Both the position numbers and the translations under genes were made by a program. A stretch of DNA of 29,909 nucleotides from Candidatus Baldrarchaeum yapensis (GTDB lineage: Archaea > Asgardarchaeota > Baldrarchaeia > Baldrarchaeales > Baldrarchaeaceae): assembly GCA_016840465.1 (NCBI GenBank), contig JAEOSH010000021.1:1-29909 (forward strand), given 5' to 3'. The stretch's first letter is position 1, and each line of letters starts with the position of its first letter. Under the pieces are notes generated by a model, which saw only the letters and a program-made list of their open reading frames with translations, did not search any database and had not been told where the DNA came from. Positions 1 to 8,294 of the stretch are shown here, in pieces.

Positions 1-144
1 AACCGGCGGAAAAATAGTCACGAGCCTCGACGACCTCAGCGAGGACGCCCTCGGATACGCAGAACTCGTCGAGGAGCGCAAAGTCGCAGACGACAAGATG
101 GTATTCGTCGAGGGCTGTAAGAACCCGAGAGCCGTAAGCATACT
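1..144 (+). repeat. 144-bp perfect inverted repeat, left copy (inside thermosome CDS)
   Basis: Bases 1-144 are the exact reverse complement of 29766-29909; the first mismatch is at 145/29765. Confidence 0.95.
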
Positions 145-664
145 CGTTCGCGGAGGTAGCGAGCATGTAGTTGACGAGGCGGAGAGGTCATTACATGACG
201 CCTTATGCGTTGTAAGAAACTTAATCGAGGAGCCGAAGATCTTACCTGGTGGAGGTGCGGTCGAGTTAGAGGTGTCTAGAAAGCTTAAGGAGTTTGCAGA
301 GACGCTCGGTGGTCGCGAACAATTGGCAGTAAAGGCGTTTGCCGAGGCGTTAGAAGTAATTCCGAGAACACTCGCCGAGAACGGAGGACTTGATCCGATT
401 GACATGATGGCGGAACTAAGGTCAAGGCATGAGAAGGGCGAATGGTGGGTCGGTGTAGATCTAGAAGAGGGCAAGGTCGGTGACATGAGAGAGAAGGGAG
501 TATGGGAGCCGCTAAGTGTTAAGAGGCAGGCAATAGCTGCCGCCAGCGAAGTTGCGCAAATGATATTAAGGATAGACGATGTGATAGCGGCGGCAGAGTT
601 CGGAAAGGAGAAGGAAAAGGGCAAGGGAGAGGAGAAGGAAGAGGAGACAGGTTCTGAATTTTAA
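2..664 (+). CDS. ths: Thermosome (group II chaperonin) subunit, 5'-truncated
   Basis: Open from base 2 ([28 protein letters not shown]...). Contains [34 protein letters not shown] and MILRIDDVI; acidic C-terminal tail. Confidence 0.97.
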   Translation, partial: TGGKIVTSLDDLSEDALGYAELVEERKVADDKMVFVEGCKNPRAVSILVRGGSEHVVDEAERSLHDALCVVRNLIEEPKILPGGGAVELEVSRKLKEFAETLGGREQLAVKAFAEALEVIPRTLAENGGLDPIDMMAELRSRHEKGEWWVGVDLEEGKVGDMREKGVWEPLSVKRQAIAAASEVAQMILRIDDVIAAAEFGKEKEKGKGEEKEEETGSEF

Positions 665-767
665 TCGGCAAAAATAACAAAATGTCGAAACCTATCGGTT
701 AATCTTCAATCGTTTAATTTTTATATCCCATTTTTTCTAATGCAACTACCACTCCGCCCGCTTATTC

Positions 768-1085
768 TTGGGGGTGCGTAGGAGATTGAGTAGTTCTTTG
801 AGCGGGGAAGCCCATTTTAATACCATAGTGCGTAGTAAAGACGAAATAAAGATTGGTCCGCGGTTTCTTACGCGTTACGAAAAGGCAAGGATCATAGGTG
901 CGCGTGCATTGCAACTATCGATGGGCGCTCCTATCCTTATAGACATCCCGCCTACAATTACGGATTCTATAAGAATAGCGCAAATAGAACTCGAGAGAGG
1001 AGTTCTCCCAATAATCATAAGAAGAAGAGATCCCTCAGGAAGATGGCAGGATATTCCGATTAAGATACTCATACAGGATCCATGA
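768..1085 (+). CDS. rpo6: DNA-directed RNA polymerase subunit Rpo6 (K/omega, RPB6 homolog); the true start may be GTG at 828
   Basis: [22 protein letters not shown] signature and [12 protein letters not shown]-terminus. Confidence 0.95.
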   Translation: MGVRRRLSSSLSGEAHFNTIVRSKDEIKIGPRFLTRYEKARIIGARALQLSMGAPILIDIPPTITDSIRIAQIELERGVLPIIIRRRDPSGRWQDIPIKILIQDP

Positions 1086-1761
1086 GGTCTTCTAAATACT
1101 TTTCCTCTCCTGTTGCTGTTCTAACTTTGCCTGTCCGCAACAAATACTCTTCATCCAGCATTTCTTTACTTTTAAGGTATTCTATAAGTTCGTCGGAAAT
1201 GAACGGTCTTCCGTTGACAAGAGGATAAGCAAAGGGCAACTCTATGCTTGTAATATCGTCCAACTGTATTTCAACACCCACTTTCACAGGTATATCCAAT
1301 AACCTCATTCCCTTAGAAACCATTAATGCCATATATGTCGCACCGTCTATCGAAAACTGGTGTTTTCCGAGGTTTCTCTTTGCGGCTCTGGGAAAAAATT
1401 TTGAAAGGAGTTGTTGTGTACGTCCACGTGGTGGGTGATCTCCGAGTATTCCACCTATAACGATAAACGCGGCTTTATCGAAGTCCTCGGGGCATAATTC
1501 CTTATCTGCAGCGGGGTCCAGAATTATCATAGCGTTTTGATCTAGAGGTAGGGTCTTAATACTAAACCTCAACACGCTTCCTATCTCGGCGAGTTTTCTT
1601 GCCTCATTTGCGTCTCTCACATTTGTGAAAATTATTTTATCGTATCCCACGATCTCGGCCGCGTGTTTATACTCATACCACAACCATTTGCTGAGAACGG
1701 GCTCTAAGTGTTCTATTATGAAAAATATTTGTTTTTGGGATTTGAAGTTTCGAACTTTCAT
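1069..1761 (-). CDS. Sfm1-like SPOUT SAM-dependent methyltransferase (DUF431 family)
   Basis: IIEHLEP...WLWYEY N-terminus, [43 protein letters not shown]. Confidence 0.85.
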   Translation of the reverse strand: MKVRNFKSQKQIFFIIEHLEPVLSKWLWYEYKHAAEIVGYDKIIFTNVRDANEARKLAEIGSVLRFSIKTLPLDQNAMIILDPAADKELCPEDFDKAAFIVIGGILGDHPPRGRTQQLLSKFFPRAAKRNLGKHQFSIDGATYMALMVSKGMRLLDIPVKVGVEIQLDDITSIELPFAYPLVNGRPFISDELIEYLKSKEMLDEEYLLRTGKVRTATGEEKYLEDLMDPV

Positions 1762-1765
1762 GAAG

Positions 1766-2404
1766 TCATGCCCTTTTCAGCAACTCTATCGCGAGAATTC
1801 TTCCATTCTTTACAAGTAATCTTGGAACACGATCCTCAATCGTATGGACACCATCAGAGAAAGATGCAGTTCCCTTAACTCTCAACTCGGTGATTATTCT
1901 TCCCTTCATTTCGGATTTCTCTTCTCCGACAAGAAATGCTTGATCTCTTAGAATCACAATATCATGTTTATAATGAGACGGAAGAGTAGCGCCCATCAAT
2001 TCTTCAAGTATCATCTTTAACTCATCTGTTCTGGTGGTTGGCGTCTTTTCCACCGGTTGAGATGTAACTGTGGTAGATGGCCGTGCAACTTCCCGCTCTA
2101 CGGCCTTTCCGGGAATGATCGCAGGAGCCCCAACTTTTTTTAACGCCTCTTTAAAATCATCGGTTTCAGAACCCTCATCCATAACAACGATTTTATAAGA
2201 TGGTCCGTATTTAACCTTTAGATTTCTTGCCGATTGCGCGCTAATGAATTTCCTCCTTACCGAGGAGTTAGAACCTTTCCATACGTATATTGTACGGCCA
2301 TCTTCATCCACAACTATGAAAACGTCGCTTGACGAAAATTCCAGTTGGTGCGGTAACAACTCACTCAACGTGCCGTCATCATTCACCCGGTAGATTAGTA
2401 CCAC
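1766..2404 (-). CDS. Gelsolin-domain protein (single gelsolin repeat, linker, C-terminal domain; 1DGelX-like)
   Basis: SSSDVFIVVD...IYVWKGSNSSVRRKFISAQSARNL...IVVMDEGSETDDFKEAL matches the gelsolin repeat pattern (S.D.FI.D...IY.W.G...EG.E...F..AL). Confidence 0.8.
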   Translation of the reverse strand: MVLIYRVNDDGTLSELLPHQLEFSSSDVFIVVDEDGRTIYVWKGSNSSVRRKFISAQSARNLKVKYGPSYKIVVMDEGSETDDFKEALKKVGAPAIIPGKAVEREVARPSTTVTSQPVEKTPTTRTDELKMILEELMGATLPSHYKHDIVILRDQAFLVGEEKSEMKGRIITELRVKGTASFSDGVHTIEDRVPRLLVKNGRILAIELLKRA

Positions 2405-2801
2405 TGCCCACCCGCCCCTTCGGCTTTAGGGTGACACACCTGTGCACAAAGTTATTGTGGGTAGCAATTAATATTCCTTTCGACTTTATTTTAATCAGTT
2501 CGGCACTTTGGTTGATATGGAAATTGCAAGCGTACGGACATTTTTGGGCAGAAGAAATAAGTACCTTTTTCCCTCGGAAAAGTCTGCAATTTGAAGGTGG
2601 TTTATCGGAATTTTTCCTTACTTGTGGGCATATAGGTTATAGGCGTGAAAGAACCTCCAATCAAAGATCTCAAGCACAAGATATTGGGATCGAACAGTAC
2701 AGTGCTTAAAATATCAAAGAAGAGGCTAAAAGAGCTTTTTTAGGCATTAACAGAATGTTTAAAAAAGTTTTTTTCAAACTGTCCAGAAAGGAGGGTAAAG
2801 G

Positions 2802-3065
2802 ATGACAAACCCCATACTTGATTATCTTAAGAGGGTGAACTGGTGGGAAGGTATAAAGTGGATTATCGAAAGTCTGGCAGATTTCATTACAAAAAATAGC
2901 GGTGGACTTATTAGTGGCTGGACTGCACAACTTCTAGCTGCGACAATTCTAGTAACGATCTTCTTAGGAATAGTCGCAGCAGTGAAACAAATAATAAAGG
3001 TAATCGTAGTGTTAATGTGGCTTTTCGTAATAATCGCAATAATAGCATCATTAATTCCGCTTTGA
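2802..3065 (+). CDS. Small membrane protein (87 aa), unknown function
   Basis: Strong RBS (AAGGAGGG) upstream of ATG; amphipathic Trp-rich N-terminus and two hydrophobic helices. Confidence 0.75.
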   Translation: MTNPILDYLKRVNWWEGIKWIIESLADFITKNSGGLISGWTAQLLAATILVTIFLGIVAAVKQIIKVIVVLMWLFVIIAIIASLIPL

Positions 3066-3360
3066 TCTCTGTAATCGAGGGATACTACGCAATGCAGTAG
3101 ATGATATAGATGCGTTAAGGAACGGCCGGAATAGGGCTTATAGAGGGATCAACAAAAACCAAAAATTGCGACGAAGATTACGGACATTATATTTAATTTT
3201 CAACCACATTTCGAGAAGGCGAATATATTGTGGCATATTTCGCCGTAGCCTGTGATAGCATCATTAGGTGCACAATCTTTTTATCTTAAATTTAGCAACG
3301 AAGCCGCAGAGCCGCGTTGCCTCTCTTTTCAATAACCGTTACGGTTGTCTCTGAGGTTGT

Positions 3361-3398
3361 GAACAAAATTTATATTTATGGTATCTATTTGAATAGAT
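3361..3398 (+). promoter_or_regulatory. Putative BRE/TATA promoter with adjacent operator-like palindrome
   Basis: Purine-rich GAACAAAA followed by TTTATATTTA (3369-3378), then ATCTATT-TG-AATAGAT (3383-3398), upstream of the Roadblock gene. Confidence 0.4.
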
Positions 3399-3489
3399 GT
3401 TGAGCTTCGGAAAGCTATTCGTTGAGATTTTATTTATAGTGAACTAATGTAAGATTTTGGTGAAATTAAAGTGCGCGGTGATTTGATAT

Positions 3490-3927
3490 ATGGAGCAGGT
3501 GGGTAGTGTAAAGGGGAGAATAGAGGAAGAGATCGAGAAAGTGATGAAGAAATTTGCTTTTCTCGAAGGAGTTGCAGTAATTTCGATGGAAGGGTTTTTG
3601 ATAGCGTGCAAATTACCGCAAAATGTAGATGGCGACCTGATAGCGGCATCCACAGCGGCGGTTCAAAACATATGTGAGAAGATAGGAATCGATGTGGGTA
3701 AGGGCGGTACAAGGGCGGCAATCTTGGAGTATGAGGGTGGTTACGTCATAACATCAAGCCTAGGAGAAAATTTCCTACTGACAACAATCGTTGGAAACGT
3801 CGCTGGGCTGAAACTCGGCATGGTCTTCCTAGCACTTGACCAGTTGAAAAAGGCAATAGGTCCCCTACTTGGAAAGATAGAGGAATTCGTAATACCGATG
3901 GGAACTGGCGAAATAGTTACGGAGTAA
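3490..3927 (+). CDS. Roadblock/LC7 (LAMTOR2/MglB-like) domain protein
   Basis: GVAVISMEGFLIA...DGDLIAASTAAV...ILEYEGGYVITSSLGENFLLTTIV...LGMVFL fits the Roadblock pattern. Confidence 0.88.
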   Translation: MEQVGSVKGRIEEEIEKVMKKFAFLEGVAVISMEGFLIACKLPQNVDGDLIAASTAAVQNICEKIGIDVGKGGTRAAILEYEGGYVITSSLGENFLLTTIVGNVAGLKLGMVFLALDQLKKAIGPLLGKIEEFVIPMGTGEIVTE

Positions 3928-4612
3928 GAGATTGCAACTCCTTAAGGAAATCCCTTACAGCGAACGCCACATCAAATGCTTGATCGAAGTAGAAGTGATC
4001 GGCGCCATCTATTTCGATGTACCTTTTCGTGGCAGATCCCACACTTTCTAGTAGTTCTTTTACGGTATCTTTCGACACGAAGGTATCATTTGAGCCTCTT
4101 ATTATTAGCAGAGGAGATCTTATATTGGGCAATTGACTTTTCACATCAACTCTAAAGTCTGGTAAAACCAGCGGCGGCGAGATGAGGATGAGTGACTTCA
4201 GCTGAACTCTTGGAGCTAGTGCAATTGCCACCATGGCTCCAAAACTGTAGCCGCAGAGCGATATTTGGGAAAAACCTAGGGTTCTTATTTTATTATACGC
4301 TGCCTCTGCGTCCTTTAGTTCCCCAATCCCATGCGCATACGAACCCTTCGACGGAGGGACTCCGCGGAAGTTGAATCTAAAAACGCAAAATCCTTCATCA
4401 ACCAATACGTCTGCAATTGTTGATATCACGATGTTTTCCATGCTCCCACCGAACAGTGGATGGGGGTGAAGTAATAGTACCAAATCGCCTTTATTTTCGT
4501 CCATTTCTTCCGGGAGCCAAAGTTCCCCGTACAATTTTACATCTGATTTGAATGTCAGTGGAATTTTTCGTATCTTTCGAGGCTCTTCTTCCAGCCCGAA
4601 GAATCTCTCCAT
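3917..4612 (-). CDS. Alpha/beta-fold hydrolase
   Basis: HPHPLFGGSMEN, RFNFRGV, nucleophile elbow GYSFG, G..DTFV, ADHF (Ser-Asp-His triad). Confidence 0.92.
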   Translation of the reverse strand: MERFFGLEEEPRKIRKIPLTFKSDVKLYGELWLPEEMDENKGDLVLLLHPHPLFGGSMENIVISTIADVLVDEGFCVFRFNFRGVPPSKGSYAHGIGELKDAEAAYNKIRTLGFSQISLCGYSFGAMVAIALAPRVQLKSLILISPPLVLPDFRVDVKSQLPNIRSPLLIIRGSNDTFVSKDTVKELLESVGSATKRYIEIDGADHFYFDQAFDVAFAVRDFLKELQSLTP

Positions 4613-4625
4613 GCTGATCCCTCAG

Positions 4626-5306
4626 CTACGGCATTATATGCTTATCCCATTCCTCCTCTGGTATTCCGAGGACTCTTAATATTTCCTTCGGGTCTATCGG
4701 GCCCTTCCTTGTTATAAGGGGGGAGGGCTCCTTTGTGAAATCAACGATGGTCGAGGGCTTGAGAGCACGAAGTCTTCCTACGTCTATTGCGAGGTCGTAT
4801 CTTTCTTTAAGTGAAGTAATTGCCTTCCTCACGGAGTAAGGTGGAGGCTCTCCGCTCTTATTCGCACTCGTTGCCGTTATTGGTCTTCCAAATTCGCGTA
4901 TTATTGCAAGCGCGACAGGATGATCGGGTATTCGAATAGCAATTGCATTTGGATTTACAATATCCGGTACGATCTTCCTCTTAGGAAGGGCTATGGTTAA
5001 CGGCCCGGGCAGAAAGCGCTTTGCCAAGATCTCGGCTTCGGGCGTGAATATTGCATATTTCTTTGCCATCTCTATATCGGACACCGCTATGGATATCGGT
5101 TTTGAGAATGGCCTCTCTTTTGCAATATACACCTTTTTTACGGCATCTTCGTTCAAGGCATCGACCCCCAGCCCGTAGCACGTCTCAGTGGGGTAGATCA
5201 ATATGCCTCCCTCTTCTAATATCTCGACGGCCATCTTTATTACTTTGAAATCAGGTGACCGCGGATCCGTCTTTACTACGATCTTCTTATACAAGGTAAC
5301 ATCCAT
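4626..5306 (-). CDS. tsaC: Threonylcarbamoyl-AMP synthase, short TsaC/YrdC-type (no Sua5 C-terminal domain)
   Basis: YPTETCYGLG, K.RP..KP, PGPLT, RIPDHP, TATSANKSG, PSTIVD. Confidence 0.95.
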   Translation of the reverse strand: MDVTLYKKIVVKTDPRSPDFKVIKMAVEILEEGGILIYPTETCYGLGVDALNEDAVKKVYIAKERPFSKPISIAVSDIEMAKKYAIFTPEAEILAKRFLPGPLTIALPKRKIVPDIVNPNAIAIRIPDHPVALAIIREFGRPITATSANKSGEPPPYSVRKAITSLKERYDLAIDVGRLRALKPSTIVDFTKEPSPLITRKGPIDPKEILRVLGIPEEEWDKHIMP

Positions 5307-5387
5307 CCATCACATTTTTAGTTACGCGTCAAAGTAATTATGTCAGGAACGGTGAATTCTAGGGAAAATATATTAGTCTTTTGATTA

Positions 5388-6428
5388 ATGGTGAAGGAAA
5401 TGAGGAGCAATGTCAAGGTCTGTATAGGCATCGAGGGTACGGCTCACACACTAGGAGTGGGCATTGCAACCTCGGATGGAAAAATCCTAGCAAACGTGGC
5501 GGACTCCTACATACCTCCTCCTGGGGGAGGAATACACCCCGCAGAGGCGGCACGTCATCACACCAGACTTATGGCTGAGGTCATAAAGAGGGCTTTAGAC
5601 GTCGCAGGAATTTCCATTGACGATGTGGACATGGTTGCCTTTTCAAGAGGACCGGGAATGGGGCCATGTTTGAGAACAGTCGCGATAGCTGCAAGGACAT
5701 TGTCAATGGGATTAGGAGTTCCCCTTATCGGGGTAAATCACATAGTTGCCCATATAGAAATAGGGAGGCTCGTCACGGGCGCAAAGGATCCGGTTACTTT
5801 AATAGTAAGCGGTGGAACTACCGCCATTGTTGCTCACGCCAAGGATCGGTACAGGGTCTTCGGAGAAACACTAGATATCGCCATTGGAAATTGCTTTGAT
5901 AGATTTGCACGCGAGGTCGGAATACATGACCCTAATAGTCCTTGGCCCGGCCCAATGTTTGACAAATATGCGGAAAGAGGAGAAAAGTACATAGAATTGC
6001 CGTATACTGTTAAGGGGATGGATCTTTCCTTCTCAGGATTGTTAACGGCCGCCATTAGGGCTGTCAAGGAGGGACATCGTATAGAGGATGTTGCTTATAG
6101 TCTTCAAGAGACAGCATTGGCAATGATAACTGAGGTTACGGAGCGTGCCCTTGCACACACCGGGAAGGAGGAGTTGCTCCTCACAGGGGGATTTGCTAGG
6201 AATAAGAGGCTACAAGAAATGTTAAGAGCAATGACCGAGGATAGAGACGCGAAGTTTTATGTGACGCCACGTGAATACGCCACAGACAATGGTGCCATGA
6301 TTGCGTGGACTGGGATACTTGCATATAGGCAAGGTTATGAACTCAAGGTTGAGGATAGCTTTGTGATCCAACGCTGGAGAGTTGATGAGGTCGAGTGGAA
6401 ACTCTTAGATCCCGAGGCGATTGAGTGA
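5388..6428 (+). CDS. kae1: tRNA N6-adenosine threonylcarbamoyltransferase Kae1 (KEOPS), stand-alone
   Basis: [63 protein letters not shown]. Confidence 0.97.
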   Translation: MVKEMRSNVKVCIGIEGTAHTLGVGIATSDGKILANVADSYIPPPGGGIHPAEAARHHTRLMAEVIKRALDVAGISIDDVDMVAFSRGPGMGPCLRTVAIAARTLSMGLGVPLIGVNHIVAHIEIGRLVTGAKDPVTLIVSGGTTAIVAHAKDRYRVFGETLDIAIGNCFDRFAREVGIHDPNSPWPGPMFDKYAERGEKYIELPYTVKGMDLSFSGLLTAAIRAVKEGHRIEDVAYSLQETALAMITEVTERALAHTGKEELLLTGGFARNKRLQEMLRAMTEDRDAKFYVTPREYATDNGAMIAWTGILAYRQGYELKVEDSFVIQRWRVDEVEWKLLDPEAIE

Positions 6429-7723
6429 TGGCGATTGTCGTCAAAAGAGGCAATAGCATTTTCGTTGAGGGACCCGCGAGAATAGAAATAAAGGAAGGGA
6501 CCGGGATTGTGTTCGGTAGGGAGGTATATCCCGGAGACACAATTGTTGTCAAACGTGCAAAGGCAGTTGGAATTGCCGCGTTAGATCGCGATCTAACCGT
6601 GGACATAGTATCGGGGGTAGAGCCGAGGTACGAAATAATTGAAGGGTCCTTATTCCCAGATGACTGGTTTCACGCCGCAGATGTAATATCAGAACTTGAA
6701 AAGCCCGCAATAGTTGCAGTACTTGGTGATGTTGACACAGGTAAGAGCACTCTTGTCACGTTTCTTGCAAATATCCTCTTCAAGAGGGGATTTAAGGTTG
6801 CAATAGTTGATGAAGATGTGGGCCAGAGTGATATAGGTCCCCCTTGCGTGATAGGACTATCCTTCATGGACAGGCAGATATTCTTTCTCGAAGAGTTGGA
6901 GTTTTACGATGGCTATTTTGTCGGATCTATCACCCCATCGGGTCTGTTACAAAGATCAATAGTAGGTGTAAGATTACTGTTAGATCGCGCCTTAGAGGAA
7001 GGTGCAGAGGTAATATTGATTAATACGACAGGATGGGTTTACGGAAGAGGGGCACGTGAACTAAAAACTCTGATTTTAAGGGTTCTAAGAGTGAACTGCA
7101 TAATTGCGATCGAAAAGTCTCGGGAATTGGAGCATCTCATAGCACCGTTCAGAAGGAGTGGCACCTTAAGAATACTAAGGGTGACAAGTCCGCCTAGGAT
7201 AAGGGAACGCGATAGGGTAGATAGAAAGTTTTTGAGGGAGACTTCCTTTGAAAAGTATTTGAGAGATGCAAAGGAAGTGAAGCTGAAGTTAGATGATGTA
7301 GGAATTGTGTACGGATTTCTCGGAACGGGAAGGCCGGCAACACCCGAGGAACTTTCTCTCATAGAGAAAATAGTCGGTGTAAAGGTAGAATACGCCGAAA
7401 TTTCAAGGGATGCCGTTGTAGTGATAACCGCTGAGAGGGTGAAAGTTGACGCGTTGATGGTGAGTGCATTAAAATTGCATTTTAACTGCCAAGATGTGAG
7501 AGTGGTTCACTACGGGGACTTTAAGGGTACTCTTGTCGGCCTATCATCGTCCGATGGTAGGTTTTTGGGATTAGGTATCATCAGCCAATTCAATCCCAAA
7601 AGCAGAGAGCTGACAATACTCACACCGGTAAAAGCGGAGGATATTGCGATAATAGAGTATGGATGTGTGAAAGTATCCCCAGAGGGCAAGGAGGAGAGAA
7701 TCTTCCATCCGTGGTCCGTTTGA
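6425..7723 (+). CDS. clp1: Clp1/Nol9-family polynucleotide 5'-hydroxyl kinase
   Basis: Walker [30 protein letters not shown], lid R.R..RK..RE; GTGA overlap with kae1. Confidence 0.9.
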   Translation: MMAIVVKRGNSIFVEGPARIEIKEGTGIVFGREVYPGDTIVVKRAKAVGIAALDRDLTVDIVSGVEPRYEIIEGSLFPDDWFHAADVISELEKPAIVAVLGDVDTGKSTLVTFLANILFKRGFKVAIVDEDVGQSDIGPPCVIGLSFMDRQIFFLEELEFYDGYFVGSITPSGLLQRSIVGVRLLLDRALEEGAEVILINTTGWVYGRGARELKTLILRVLRVNCIIAIEKSRELEHLIAPFRRSGTLRILRVTSPPRIRERDRVDRKFLRETSFEKYLRDAKEVKLKLDDVGIVYGFLGTGRPATPEELSLIEKIVGVKVEYAEISRDAVVVITAERVKVDALMVSALKLHFNCQDVRVVHYGDFKGTLVGLSSSDGRFLGLGIISQFNPKSRELTILTPVKAEDIAIIEYGCVKVSPEGKEERIFHPWSV

Positions 7724-7724
7724 G

Positions 7725-8204
7725 TTATCTTATTTGTACAACTATCGCTATCGAGCATCCACACCTTTCAACAACATGCTCCGTTGATTTTATCAAGATC
7801 TCCTTAAGTTTTAAGCCGCGCATTCTTGCCATTTCCTCAAGCATGTCCCTTACAGAGTTTTCTGCCTCTTCCTTCGTCATATTCCTTCCCGCAACCTCGG
7901 CAACAAGTGTGGGTCCGCCTTCTGTCCTGCCCATGATTATTGCGGCTGCTATCCTTTCTCCAGGTACTGTTGACACGATATAATTGTAGATTGCGGGAAC
8001 GGTCGATCCGGGGTAGAATTTCGGTGGATTTTCCACAACTTTTACGTCGGGTGGCAGTATGCTTGTCAATCGAACGAGTGAAACATCGCCAACTCCGAGT
8101 TTTATGAGGCAATTATCAAACGCGTTCAGCGGCGTCTTTCCCTCTGCAGAAACGGCTCCTATCATTACCTCCTTTGGTGCTCCGAACATTCCCATTATCA
8201 TCAT
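7725..8204 (-). CDS. pdaD: Pyruvoyl-dependent arginine decarboxylase (start uncertain, 8189-8246)
   Basis: AEG.TPLNAFD..L...GVGDVSLVRLTSILPP with cleavage-site context T|SILPP, and a conserved Glu in VAEVAG. Confidence 0.88.
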   Translation of the reverse strand: MMIMGMFGAPKEVMIGAVSAEGKTPLNAFDNCLIKLGVGDVSLVRLTSILPPDVKVVENPPKFYPGSTVPAIYNYIVSTVPGERIAAAIIMGRTEGGPTLVAEVAGRNMTKEEAENSVRDMLEEMARMRGLKLKEILIKSTEHVVERCGCSIAIVVQIR

Positions 8205-8294
8205 CGGCACCAGCCACTCGGAACTTTTAACTTTGTGATCTGCCATTGAATTTAAAACTAACGAATGTAAGAGCCGGAAGGTCTTTAGAGAATT

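Noticed and set aside
2329-2709. 126-aa plus-strand ORF upstream of the small membrane protein
   Set aside because: It starts with TTG, overlaps the gelsolin start on the opposite strand, has no RBS and is not protein-like.
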